Positions 42,237 through 55,615 of a DNA stretch of 64,000 nt are shown here, one piece after another. Below the pieces are notes generated by a model. That model did not search any database. It saw only the letters and a list, made by a program, of their open reading frames with translations, and was not told the origin of the DNA. This DNA comes from Octopus sinensis (lineage: Eukaryota). The stretch lies in NCBI RefSeq assembly GCF_006345805.1, contig NC_043003.1:56606001-56670000 (forward strand), read 5' to 3'. The translations under genes and the position numbers were made by a program. Position 1 is the stretch's first letter, and each line of letters starts with the position of its first letter.

Positions 42237-43256
42237 ATATATATTAAATGTATTAATATTATATCAATGTAATTATATATATATATAAATATGTATGTGT
42301 AAATAAATATATATATATGCACATATACATATGTGTGTGAATATATATATATACATACATACGCACACACACCCCCACACACACATATATATATATAAAT
42401 ATATTTGCATGTATGTATTTATATATGTATATACATTTTTATACACGTTTCCACAATGACTTAACTTTAAAACGTTTTATATGTTTTAAAGATTTATACG
42501 AGAATTCGAAAGTTATAATATATTGGAATGGGAAAGTATATTGATTGTATGTAATCAGCGCAATGATTTTTGTGCAATTATACATCGGATGTTGCTATCA
42601 TGGCATCCAATAAAGTGACAGCGAGCTGTCAGAATCATTAGCATTCCGGAAATAATACTTAGCGGCAAAATTCCCGTTTTTATTTTGTGAGTTGGATTTC
42701 TGCCCAAGTCAACCTTCCCTTTCATATCATTCAGATGACGATAAAATAAGATCCAGTTCAGTTGCGTGGTCGATTTCTTTGACTAGCCCCAGCTTCCCTT
42801 CCGATCTCAGGTCTTGCAGCTATAACCAAATGAATTTAGGCGAAAGCCGTGATTGTAGTTGCATAGAGGTCAGTGTTTCTCATACCCATTGTTCTGTTGA
42901 GTGATACTTCTCGACGGCACTTTTAATGATGCAGCGCACTGATTGTCAAAGGTACAAAAATTATTCTATGCTGTGACGAAGCAGAAAAGTTAGTTAAAAT
43001 GATAAATCAGTGATACTTGTAACGACTCAACTCATTATTAATTGCAACAAAATATCTCGATAGATGTTGCAATGATACAAATGGGTCTTGGTATTAACAG
43101 CACAACGAAGCAATAATTGTAATAACACAGTTAATATTTGATTGTAATGAAATACCTCGGTGTGGTTTGTATGACATGACTTGGTTGTGGTTGTAATGAG
43201 ATTTGTTATTGTAACGGATCAGTGGGGTTTGTAATAAGTTAGTCTTTATAAATACA

Positions 43257-43760
43257 CTAGCAGTATAGCCCAGCTTTGCTTGGGTATAAGGTAGGATTAT
43301 TAAACTAATCAAGCTCTTTATTTAAAACCAAACTAAGTAACATCGACGTCAAATCTGACCGAAATCCATTCAAATTAGAAAACTTTTGGCTGGAAATGAG
43401 TTGCAGACAATTTGATTTGGAAACCCCATAAGGAATCGGTTTATCGATTTTTCCACTCATCGATTGTTTTTTATGGGTTTTTTTTTCGTTTTTGGAGAAC
43501 ATAAAGCATTCATAGATACCATGACTCCTAAGTAATGCTGACATCAAGTTAGAACAAAATACATCAAATTGGTAAAAGTTATGGTTGAAAATGTGGTGTA
43601 GCCAATATTGGTGGGAATCGGTTTATCGATTTTTTAAAATCCTGATTAAATGGAAAACACCATAGGGAATCAGCTTATTGATTTTTCATCCCAAATAGTA
43701 CTTAACCGAACACAACATTGCTGATTCAAAAACATATTTATACTTTAAATTTGGTTTTCA
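43257..43760 (-). mobile_element. Helitron-like element (3' end clear, 5' end approximate)
   Basis: Minus strand CCCAAGCAAAGCTGGG hairpin followed by CTATACTGCTAG-T; three internal GGAATCGGTTTATCGATTTTT-like repeats. Confidence 0.5.
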
Positions 43761-43879
43761 CACCCAACCCAGTTCTGCAGAATCAGTGTCGCTACGGGAG
43801 CGCATGGGTTGGAAGTTTGATCGGCAGAGGTGATCAGGTTGCATATGCCAGCCCTATTGAAAACACCACGCCGCCACCT

Positions 43880-44040
43880 CTTTAGTTATCGGGCCATCTT
43901 TTTTTTTCATAGCATTTTTTAAATGGCCCGATAACTGAAGAGATAGTGGCGTGGTTTTCCGACCTGATATCCGAAACACGGAATTTTATCTTGGCTCCCG
44001 AATAATTGCCACATATTACAGTTACAGAAAAATTCCTCTA
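43880..44040 (+). mobile_element. Second copy of the 32.35 kb hammerhead-like repeat
   Basis: GATAA-CTGAAGA (43935-41)-GATA...TATCC-GAAAC (43973-77)...TTATC (43986-90). Confidence 0.55.
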
Positions 44041-44094
44041 TTTACATAATATCGAGGTCTGATTTATTCTTCTATTGTCTTAACATTTCTATCA

Positions 44095-44145
<51 letters not shown>

Positions 44146-44626
44146 AGGAGAGAGAGATGGTGGGAGAGACAGAGAGACAGACAGATAGATATATATATAG
44201 ATAGATAAATAGATAGATACATACATACATATGTACATTCCTAGATATACAATTTGGCGCAGATATTACGGTAATTTCCACGATCGTGGTGGTCTACTGG
44301 CGCAGATCAGTCAATAGTGTTGCTTGTGTTATAGTGAAAATCACAGCATTGCTAAAGACTGTCCAGAGTTGCATCCCTTAAGTATTTCCCATTGATGTCG
44401 GCTTAAAAGCTAGAAGAGCCGATATCTGGGAATCCAATAGATCGCAAATCCGGGCAGATATGCTGCTTTTACACATGTTTGCCATAAGAGAGAATTTTAC
44501 TTCACGGTAACTACAGAGAGTTTGTGTTTAGAATTTACAATATATCACGAACATTTTTTAAGTAAGCTAAAGTTTGCTTATCCCTAAATACCGATAGGCG
44601 TTGACAATACGGCAACATTTATATGA

Positions 44627-44661
<35 letters not shown>

Positions 44662-44714
44662 CGTGTGTGCGTGTGTGTATTAAGCTCCTGCGATTATGCA
44701 TGAGATCGACTAGG

Positions 44715-45012
44715 AGAATATTGCCTGTCATCGCCACAGATGGAGGAAGCAGGTTAAGGGGGGATAGATAGCTTTGAAAGAGGACGTATTTTGCATGAAG
44801 ATTCTAAGCGGGCTACTCGAAAGCGCAGTGCTAGCATAGTGAATGGAGAAATCCTGTTTGCAATGTTGTAGTCGTGTATGCTTGTCAAGAGCAGGGCTCA
44901 TTAACCACCAACGGATCCTCAAATTCAAAATACAAATTAGTCCTAGAGCGCACAATGTTACTGAAAGTCATCAATGGTCTTCCTCGGTCACGAGTGGACG
45001 GTCATCATCAGC
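44715..45012 (+). mobile_element. RTE (BovB-like) LINE 3' end
   Basis: RWRKQVKGGIDSFERGRILHEDSKRATRKR and CCSRVCLSRAGLINHQR; ends in a CATCATC-type tail. Confidence 0.7.
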
Positions 45013-45367
45013 AACTTATGTATAAGATGGTACGAAGAGTGACAGAAAGCTGGAAAATACTTGAAAATGAAGCAAACCAGTTGAACATAGACTTTGAAGA
45101 CACACACACACATACACCCAAACACACACATATATATTTTTTTGTTCATTGAGTTATTGCCTTTCCTATTTCTGATGTTGTTAATCCGTAATTAGTTTTA
45201 ATTTCTGTAAATACATTCTATGATTTTTAAGTCGTCAAAATAGAACGCCTTTAGGAATACCCTATACATTCAATCTTATTAAATTAAATTCTCCATAGAT
45301 GTAAATAGATATCCTCTAGAGTCGCACAGAGACAGCAATACTGATTCGTATATTGCAACACAATGAT

Positions 45368-45405
<38 letters not shown>

Positions 45406-45973
45406 GCACGCACACAAACAAACAAACGAAGATGCATATACAGTGGCTTCTCCGAGCATAAAAAACTCATGCGGGATCATTGATATAAGGAGTGAACTAT
45501 ATATCATGCAAAATTAGTCATACAGACATGTATACAAATGTACGTACAAGCGTACGTATTCATGCACACATACACACACACATACACTAACACACACGCA
45601 CACACACACACACAAAAGTACATAAAAAAACACACAGACACAAACGTATATATGTTCCAAATACACGTATATAATTGCACACTGACACACGAAGATCTCA
45701 TATATTTTGGAACTTATTCATTACAAAGAAATATAATGCAATGCAAGGAATTATGCATAACCGTTTCATACTCACCACACCAAAGCGCCAACATGCACGT
45801 GCGCAAGTGCGCGTGATAGCTTCCATTCACTGACTTTTGAAAAACAGTGGTACAAATTTACATGCATTTTCAGACGTGTCTCTTTGTGTAACTGGACACT
45901 AACATACGTAAATGAATACATAAAAATAAGTACAAACATGCATACATGTATATGTTATATATATATAAAAAAA

Positions 45974-46023
<50 letters not shown>

Positions 46024-46159
46024 AAGATATATATACATGTATATAGCTATACATACATATATATATATAACACATACATGAATACATTCAATCAATATAT
46101 ACATGTATATATATGTATGTATATATTTTTATGTATGTACATATATATCTATGCATATA

Positions 46160-46198
<39 letters not shown>

Positions 46199-47218
46199 TA
46201 TATATAATATATATATATATTCATATATATATATATATATATAATATATATATTATATATATATATATATATTATTCATATATATATATACATACCCACA
46301 CACACACACATATTTATATACACATATAATTATATATACATACTTAAATAAGTATGAGTACATGTGTTTGAGAGTTCGTATATACATGCTTGTATGCATC
46401 TATGTTTGCATAGTCATATATATGTTATATACATACTGCATACTTTCTGCATACATTCTGCATACATGTACATATACAGACAAACACATATGCATATATA
46501 TATGTATACATACACATACAGACACACACACACTTACGCACACACACACATATACAGAGAGACACCCACACCCACACGCACACACGCACACATATATGCA
46601 TCGAAATACAGCCACACGCGTGCATGAGAGTTCGAATATGACTTTCTAGGTCTTGTGATTCATCTTATGTTCTTTATATAATTTATGTATGTGTCGATAT
46701 TTGCCAAGCCATGCACGCTAACACAATATGAACATAGAAAATATTAATGATAAGGTGACCTGGAATTAACCTCTATGTGACATAACACGAATACCACATC
46801 TTAAAAACATATAGAAAGTAACCTCGACAAACAGCAATCTCTAAATTTTATTACAAAAGAATGATATCCACATTAACCCCAAACCTATCTATAATAACAA
46901 CCATGTAGCTAGCAACACAGATAAAATATATATACTATTTCTATTTGGAATCATATCTCTCACTCAGAGATAAAATAAATTCATTACAGATTTTAAAGCA
47001 TCTCCCAATTCACTTATCATTACATTTCTTATGTTTGTGCATTTAAATTTTAGTACAGCACATTGTCAGGAATATCTTTATACGACTTCGTTATATTTCT
47101 GAAATGAAGTTTAGTAGAAAATTCGTCTATATATCTATATCAATTTGTATACATATATATATTTTTTAATTATAGTTCCTCCAATAAGGCTGCAAGTGGA
47201 CAATATCATTAGCATACT

Positions 47219-47454
47219 TGAAGGCGGCGAGCTGGCAGAAACGTTAGCACGCCGGGCGAAATGCTTAGCGGTATTTCGTCTGCGTTACGTTGTGAGTTCA
47301 AATACCGGCGAGGTCGACTTTGCCTTTCATCCTTTCGGGGTCGATAAATTAAGTACCACTTACGCACTGGGGTCGATGTAATCGACTTAATACCTATGTC
47401 TGTCCTTGTTTGTCCGCTCTGTGTTTAGCCCCTTGTGGGTAATAAAGAAATAAG
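47219..47454 (+). mobile_element. SINE family A (tRNA-derived head, conserved central domain, tail A1), full-length with a 15 bp TSD
   Basis: GGCGGCGAGCTGGCAG head, GAGTTCAAAT B-box-like, GGTCGACTTTGCCTTTCATCCTTTCGGGGTCGATAAATTAAGTACC core (recalled as MetaSINE-like, unverified); TSD TATCATTAGCATACT at 47204-18 and 47455-69. Confidence 0.85.
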
Positions 47455-48189
47455 TATCATTAGCATACTGGGCGAAATCCTTAGTGGATTTCTGTTCATC
47501 ATTACGTTCTCAGTTCGAATTCCATCGTAGTCGACTTCTTTCATTAATTCGGAGTCGGTAAAATAAGAACTAGTTAAGAACTGGGGACGATATAATCGAC
47601 TTTCCCCTAACACTTAAAATTGCTGGCCTCGATACCATTATATTATTGTAATATTCTCGTATCTTTAGTCAGTATTTTCGCCAAAGACACTTTCTATGTG
47701 AGACGCTAGAATACAATTTCAGCAGATGGTTCAGTTCTATTATGTTGACCTTCAGTGCTTAGTTTCGACAGTAAAAACGGACGAAATGCCGCTCAGCATT
47801 TTGACCGTCTGCTGACATTTCTGCCAGCTCATCCCCATATTATGACGCAATGATATATAACAGATATAAAGTTAAAGAACTATTCATATATTCTTCATGC
47901 CAATCGCTTGATTACCGTCAACGCAAACGATACTTTAGTGATTCACAATGGCTGACCTTGAAATATATTATATCCTACACTAATGAGTATGTCCTCTTTT
48001 GCATTCCCGAATATGATGAAAGTAGATTCCACTATACATACGTGTATGTGTGTGTGTGTGTGTTTGTATGTGTGTGTTTCTGTTTGAGCGTTTTTCTGTA
48101 TATATGAATGTAGTATTACGTACGTACGTATCTTAACTTTATCTTCTTTCAGTAATTAGACTGCGGCCATTCTGGGTTACCGACTTGAA

Positions 48190-48210
48190 TAATTATAATC
48201 GAACAAACCG

Positions 48211-48256
<46 letters not shown>

Positions 48257-48264
48257 TATTATTA

Positions 48265-48333
<69 letters not shown>

Positions 48334-48360
48334 TTTGTTATTATTATTATTATTATTATT
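48190..48360. repeat. (TTA)n microsatellite
   Basis: Direct inspection. Confidence 0.95.
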
Positions 48361-48445
48361 CGGGTGACTGCCTCGTATCCTGCTCGGAATCTTGGGGTTA
48401 GTAACCACTACGCCATATACTCGTTCGATTCTTGGCAGTGACCTG
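48361..48445. mobile_element. Head-to-head pair of short tRNA-like SINE heads with outward (AAT)n tails
   Basis: Minus copy TGGCGTAGTGGTT...GGCAGTCACCCG (48361-48418); plus copy GTTCGATTCTTGGCAGTGACCTG (48423-48445). Confidence 0.6.
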
Positions 48446-48466
48446 AATAATAATAAGAATAATGAT

Positions 48467-48520
<54 letters not shown>

Positions 48521-48563
48521 AATAATAATAATAATAATAGTAATAATAATAATAATAATAATA

Positions 48564-48608
<45 letters not shown>

Positions 48609-48612
48609 CAAC
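48446..48612. repeat. (AAT)n/(AAC)n microsatellite
   Basis: Direct inspection. Confidence 0.95.
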
Positions 48613-48790
48613 ATAGAAAAATATCTTATGAATTAGAATCCAGGTTTGAAATTTTCCCAAGACACTTAATGAAGGCTGGAATATATATTAGCCGAAAAGT
48701 TGTGTTAACAACTATCAAGATGAGGACAAATATCCGTCAAATGTAAATAATGTAAATAATGTACATTATTCCTCATCTCTTAAATATAGA
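48613..48790 (+). mobile_element. Penelope-like tail with a degenerate minimal hammerhead
   Basis: GACAC-TTAATGA-A-GGCT...AGCC-GAAAA-GTT-GTGTT (48661-48706): stems I and II intact, core mutated. Confidence 0.55.
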
Positions 48791-49394
48791 ACTACGTACC
48801 TCACATTTTTGAATTTTATATTGACGATCACGAAGCTGGAAATGTGTAAGTCATCTATTTAGAAGTATTGTGACATACGAGAACGGTTAAGCATTGTTGA
48901 TACAAGAAAGAAAATGGTATGTATAATAATAGTGATGAGCTGACTTGCTCATATGAGCTGTTCTTTGAAAATTATGGACAAATTCCTCGAAACCTTTCGG
49001 TTTTCTAAACCTGGATATGTTCACATTGATGCCAATAGTAATTGGTGGAGAAGATTTTTATTAGTAAATGCCCAAGCTGCAATCTGGAAAATCTAGGGTT
49101 TTTCAGAGTAAGAAATCAACCAGATAATTCATGTATTAGAAATACAATCTTTTTGCAGAACAGTAAAAATGTGCGAGACTATTCTCGCACAATGTGAACT
49201 GATTTTTTGCTACATACATTTCAGCAATGGAGCTTCGTATTGTTGTTAGATTGCAGCTCCTGTCTTACTTGGAGTCTTCAAATAATTAAAAATAGAAGGA
49301 ACACGTGCACACACACATACATGTAAACATACATGCATTCTAATAAATCTCTCTCTTTCTTCCTTTCTCAAACACACACACACTCTCTCTCTCC

Positions 49395-49442
<48 letters not shown>

Positions 49443-49838
49443 TTTACTCTTTTACTCTTTTACTTGTTTCAGTCATTTCACTGTGGCCATGCTGGAGCAC
49501 CTCCTTTATACACCAGGACTTATTCTTTGGAAGCCTAGTACTTTTTCGATCGGTCTCTTTTGCCAAAACGCTAAACACACCAGCATCGGTTGTCAAGCGA
49601 TGTTGGAGGGACAAACACAGACACAGAAACATACACACACACACACATACATACATACATGCATACATACATACATACATACATATATATGCATATATAC
49701 GACGGGCTTCTTTCAGCTTCTGTCTACCAAATCCACTCATAAGGCTTTGGTCGGCCCGGGACTATAACAGAAGACACTTGCCGAGGTGCCACGCAGTCGG
49801 ACTGAACCCGGAACCATGAGGTTGTAAAGCAAGCTACT
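49443..49838 (-). mobile_element. SINE family B body (its head is displaced to 52110-52141 by an insertion)
   Basis: Reverse complement of the 56.4 kb copy lacking exactly the head segment found at 52110-52141. Confidence 0.8.
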
Positions 49839-50015
49839 ATTTTTCATAAAAACTTGCCATAAAGGCATTACAAAGAGTAGCTGCGGGCTGGACATATACC
49901 TTGATGAAGTGAATAATGAAATAAGGATGATATTGATGAGAGAAGGCAAAAACGCCCGCCGATTTTCTTCTTATCTAAAACATTGCTCTTTTTTCTAAAA
50001 CAGAATAAACAAAGC

Positions 50016-50358
50016 GAGGTATTGAACCTCTCACAACAGTTATTACAGTTTTTGGACTTAATAGTCCATTACAGATATTAATATGCAAAAAATATTCAAT
50101 ATACAATCAACACTATTCCATTTACAAATGAAGAGCTGGGCCTCTTACACTATAACAATGAGGCTTTTCAACCTCTTCTCAATTTTTCACCTCAACGAGG
50201 TATTGAACATCTTACTACAGTTCTTACATTTATTGGACTTAATAGTCAATAACATGCAATAATATATAATGAAATATTCAATATACAATCAACACTAGTC
50301 CATTTACAAATTAGGCGCTGAGCCTCTTACACATTATAACACTGAGGCTTTTCCACCT
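50016..50358. repeat. Tandem duplication of a ~181 bp unit in the 3' region of the ORF1-only element
   Basis: GAGGTATTGAAC starts at 50016 and 50197; both units end in GAGGCTTTTC(A/C)ACCT. Confidence 0.85.
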
Positions 50359-50475
50359 AATAATCGCTTGTGTCTGTATACTCTGCTATAGCCCATGCTT
50401 CGTTTGAAATGAAGGCGGGCTCCGAGTTGGCGTCACCCGGCCACGATTGATATTCTTCTTTTTGTCCCTTCAGCA

Positions 50476-51554
50476 TCATAAACAGGCGCAACGTATGACC
50501 TCCACAGCTATCTGCGGAGGCCATTCGGGGTCCTTTGTGAACGCCAAAGGTATTCTCTCGTAGTGTCCTTTCACTATCTTTTCTACCTCGCCGCCTCTAT
50601 AAAAGAAGACCAACAGTTTCAGGTCCATCGGGTCCGTGTCGGTCAATTTTACCGTTGGCGGCATAATTCCCGCCAATGGTGTCTCCCCACCACCGGTGGC
50701 ACAACCGACGAGGCTCCGTGACACTCCAGCGTCATGTCTCCGACTGCCGGCAATGTCTCATTTCTCCTCCTTTTCCTCTGTTTTTCTTCTCGACTGAGGG
50801 AGGGTGCGTCTCCTCCGTAACATGGAGACTCGCTTCCCCTCCCTCATCCCCAGGATCCTTCGGTGTGCACCCATTATTGCTGTTTCTTTCTTTTGCGGCT
50901 CTTCTTTCAGGAGTCCTCCGTCTCTTCGGCCGCCTTCATCCCTCCTCTACAGAGGTCTCCGTCAACCGCTCCGGGACTTTGCTTTGCTCTTGAGAACAGT
51001 GCTTTTTTAAATGGCCAAGCTTCAAACACCGATGACACTTGGTTGGGGATCGTCCCTCAAGAATCACTGGATACTTAGATCCGGCCATTCTCAAAAAGTC
51101 TTGACCCCTCCCAGTCAGCCACAGACATAATATTTTCACTAAGGAGCTTGGTGCTACTGTCACCCGGACCGTGGCGGATAGTATCTCCTATCCACTAGGG
51201 CTCAACTCCGGATGGCAAGCCTCAAATCCAAGCCCTCGTCAAACTCTTCCCACAATAAGTGTGAAGAAACAAAATTTCATTACCCTCCAGGGGCTGACTT
51301 TCAAATTCACAGGCTACTTCTGGAGAGTCAAACTGCAACCACACGGTTGCGCATTTGACCCCCGCGAGTGGTAAACTTAATCGCTGGCTTAAATTCTGCC
51401 AGCTCTCTATCGATTATATCCATCCTGAAAACGGCAATGGCACCGAGGGTTCTAGAGTAGGTCCTCAAAACCACCGTGTTACTTTCAAGTTCTTTTAATC
51501 ATTTTTGGGTGGTGTAATTTCCCACTCCACCAACTTTTCATTGTTATTTGTCAT
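50476..51554 (-). pseudogene. Decayed ORF1 (nucleic-acid-binding, zinc knuckle) of a Tx1/L1-like element
   Basis: ATG at 51554 (MTNNNEKVGG...NTVVLRTYSRTLG), then YCGKSLTRAWI*GLPSGVEP*WIG, then YPVILEGRSPTKCHRCLKLGHLKKHC (CX2CX4HX4C), an E/K/R-rich linker, and a C-terminal frame ending at 50476. Several stops and frameshifts. Confidence 0.75.
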
Positions 51555-54289
51555 GTTTTTTTAAAAAGAGTCCAAAATATAGTTGTTAAAATATAAAATA
51601 ATTTAAGAAAATGAAGGAAGAGGAAAAAGGTCCAAACAAAAGGAAGGACAGAGAAAAAATTAATAGTTCAATAAAGTTTTTAAATCAAAGAAGAGAAAGC
51701 AAGAGTTGAAACCACAGCAAAGGCCACTTGGTACTCCAGGCCCAAATTTAACACAATTGTAAAACAGTTAAAAAATCATTCCAATTTTCTTTTAGGTACT
51801 CCTTAACAGGAACGACACTATTTTCAAACAAAAATTTTGGCAGGACACGCCCAACAAACCAATAATTTTCACAATTAAGTGAATAATATTTTCACTCAGC
51901 CTCAGGTAGACTAGAGTCTAGGGAGGACTTCTTGCTTGTAAAAATAGTTTGCGGCATACAACTGGTCCCCACTAGACCCCAGAAAGTTTTACCTTACGGC
52001 TGAGTATTCAAAAGTCTTCAATTTAAGACGGCTTTCAAAAACACGTCTTACATCTTCTGTGTCAAACACAACTCTAATTTGCACATGCGCAATGAGGTGG
52101 CAATGACGTAAGCAAGCTACTTACCACACAGCCACTCCTACGCCTATATCTATCTATATATATATACAAACACATACGTACGTGTGTATCAGTGCGTGCA
52201 TGCGCGCGCGTATGTATCTATATATGCATATTTGCATACATACATATATGTCTGTGTGTGTATGCACACGCGTATGCATACAGATACGCATAAATATTTG
52301 CAAATAGGCATGTACACATAGATACTACCTTTTGCTGGTACCAGCCATAGGATTGTGGCCATGTTGGAGTACTGCTTTGGAGTGTTTAGTCGAACAATTC
52401 CATCTCAGTATTCACTTCTTTCATTCATTCTCTTTTGTGAAAATACTAAGTTCTAAATTCTAGTTTTAGGAGCAAAATGCGTCTCGCTTTTCGGGTTATG
52501 CTCATAAACATGTAACACCGAATAAATCAAAGTAGTAGCATAAGAATAATAAATTGAATATTAATGAAGGTGCAAAGAAAAACATCCATACAGAATATAA
52601 AAATATAAAGAAATTTCCACCACGATGCATGGCCTAGCAGATCAATTTGTTATTTAAAAGATACTTCCAGGTATATATTAGCAAGCTGATAAACGTCGTG
52701 AACAATGACCAGATGATATGTGCAAGTATTCCTTAGGCCAAAAATACTCAGACGTCCTACCTGTATTTTATCAAGTACCGGTGGCTGTACTTGTTTCAGA
52801 GATTACTTTAATATCGATTTTAATTAAAAACTGGAGTAGGGGAATGTGCAAAATTGCATATGATGCCTTGTGTTGCATGTTTAAAACAGTGATTGAGGTT
52901 AAATTGCTGGTCTAAATAGTACGTAATACACCTTTGCAGAAGCTGTGATGGAGGCACCCAATTTCGAAAGAATAAGAGTAACAATCAACGAATAAAAGTA
53001 TCAATCAGCTACATACACATATCGCCAAATTTATGACTTTGCTCCAAATTTCGAAATTTTTACAAAATAAAGGAAAGGAATACTAGAATATCTTACAACA
53101 GAATGAAGTGCTTCGCAGTATTTAGTCCCCGTGTGGAAGCTTTTCGTATATGATGACTGATAACGTCGACTGTCCCCCGCCTTCTAAACAAACCATTACT
53201 TCTAGTGATAACCCGTAGATGGATACCTCTGATCACTGAATTGTCCTGTAATTTTAAGATAAATAAAAATAAACCATGATAGTTACTCTAAAAGAGAAAC
53301 TTAGAAATAACTTGCTGTGCGATCGCTAAACAAAATATTTGACATTAATAAAAACATGAACTAAAAATTGTCAAAGTTCATAGAATACTTCTGAAATATT
53401 ATTTCACGATAAAGAAATAAAAAGAGAACTTTATATAAAAAAGTAAAATCATAAACTTGAATAAGATCATAGGTGACATTTTGTTATCAAAAAGTGATGA
53501 AAAGTTAAGAAGGAAACAGCACATAAAATTGTCTACATCATTGCCAACAATCACAAAGCTGGTGATGCTGAATCTGTCATTTGTGTCTCTTTCTTTATAT
53601 AGTTTCGCTTTGATTTTCTGTCTGTTTTGATTCGATTTAATTTTATTTTTTTGCCTTCTCTTCATTTTTATCTCTTCTTCCAATACGTGTGATATCTGTG
53701 ACATTTGGTTTATCTTAATAGCAAGTGATATATAAAGTAATAAAGAAAGGTGAGTTTCAAAAGAAAAAAAAGACACTGGTTTCGATTTGATGCTTAGTTT
53801 AAATTCATATAATTTTTTTATTCATTTCAGTCACAACAGTCCTCGACTATATTAAAGGCACAGCATGAACTTACTGGAGACTGGCGGTCCGGAACCTCAT
53901 ATAATCTGCACTAACTTACGATCAGGAATTTCAAATTCCCGTGGCTTCCTAACTAGTTTACTGTTACTTTGCACAATACAATATTAATAAAGTTGTATAA
54001 TTTAAACTAATATATAGGAAACTGGAAGCGTGTGGCTTAGTGGTTAGGATGTTGGACGCATGATGGTAAGATTGTTGTTTCGATTCCTGAAGTGGGCGAC
54101 GCATTATGTTCGTAAAGAAAACATTTCATTTTCCGTGTGTTTAGACGACTCAGTTGGCTAAAAGAGGGAAACCTGCTAAGGATAGTCGTCTCACCCAGGT
54201 GGGTAATATATACCTCATGGAAATCAGGAATCCAGCACTTATGAACTTCACAGGTACTGTATTTCATTTAACTATTTAAGTGAATTTAA

Positions 54290-54400
54290 TATTTGCTGTT
54301 TTGAAAGTTTGTTGACCACTGTGTCCTCCCTTGGGTCAGGAAAATCAGTAACTGAGAAAGAGTTTCGGTGCGTGGGAGAGATTCCGCAGAACCAATGTTG
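54290..54400 (+). pseudogene. Possible Tc1/mariner transposase fragment
   Basis: FVDHCVLPWVRKIS...RDSA resembles the VxPW...QDSA segment of mariner-type transposases; very short. Confidence 0.3.
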
Positions 54401-55038
54401 TAACTAATGTTCATACGCTTTAAATACGTCAGTAACCAAAATAGAAACGCATAGTGAGAGAAAAGTGCCCTAGGAATATTTCACTGATTCATATTATTTA
54501 AATCAAATTTCAGTATGCAAATCAGCACATGATTAGAGCTTACATTTTAAAACTGATCAACGAAGTATGCTGCTTTATTTGTTGAACCTTCTTATTTTCC
54601 ACAGTTTCTATTTCTGTTTCCTTGTTCGAGTCTGTCAACGGTCCTTCAGCAACAACACAAACAGTGCGTGTGTGTGGGGGGGTGCGCAATGACTTAGAGG
54701 TTTGGGCAGCGGACTCGATTCCCTGACCGGGGGTTGTGAGTGTTAATAAAACGAAAACACATAAAGCTCCACGAGGTTCCTTTACCACAACTTTCTCTCA
54801 CATTTTCTTCCTGTTTCTGTTGTACTTGTATTTGAACGCGCCAGCCTTGTCACACTCTCTGTCACGCTGAATGTCACCTAAGGACTACATTAAGGGAACA
54901 CGTGTCTGTGGAGTGCGCAGCTACTTGCACGTTAATTTCACGAGCAGGCTGTTCCGTTGATCAGATCAACTCTAACCCTCGTCGTCGCAGTTGAAGATGT
55001 TCTACAAAATACACACACACACTTATATATATGTATAC

Positions 55039-55121
<83 letters not shown>

Positions 55122-55146
55122 ATATATATATATCTATATATATATA

Positions 55147-55615
55147 ATCAATTTAGGGTAGCAAAAAATTCAATAGAAATTTATCGCTACCAGCGGTCTA
55201 GTGGGAAGGAGAAAATAATTAAAACAACAATTAAGGAATGGCCTTAATAGGCCATTCGGCCCACCAGAAGAAGCAGCCAGGACTCAAACCGCTAAGTAGT
55301 AGTAATTCAGAAATCAAATGAAAATTTAAAAACATTTACCCTAATTCATCTTTAGACGATGCATCGTTTCGGTGTTTTTAATGGCAAACCAGCTTAATTA
55401 AATTAAATTAAGTCAATCTACCAAAGGCTACACCTCATCAGTAAAGAAACCAGGAGGGACGGATATACACGAGGCATCTGTACCAATGCCCTCGGAATAT
55501 CTGCCCTAAAATTTTCAAATTGATTTCTGAATTACTACTACTTAGCGGTTGAGTCCTGGCTGCTAATTCTGGTGGGCCGAATGGCCTATTAAGGCCATTC
55601 CTTAATTGTTGTTGA

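Larger units (their letters stand above)
49839..52109 (-). mobile_element. ORF1-only (gag-like, CCHC) Tx1/L1-type non-LTR element, 2271 bp, with a 12 bp target-site duplication
   Basis: AAGCAAGCTACT at 49827-38 and 52110-21 flanks it and splits one SINE into body and head. A decayed ORF1 is present and no RT or endonuclease was seen. Confidence 0.7.

Noticed and set aside
47222-47320. tRNA genes at SINE heads
   Set aside because: A/B-box-like motifs are present, but no full cloverleaf was seen and each continues into a repeated SINE body.
48262-48660. Poly-L, poly-N, poly-I and poly-C ORFs
   Set aside because: Trinucleotide (TTA/AAT/AAC)n tracts belonging to SINE tails.
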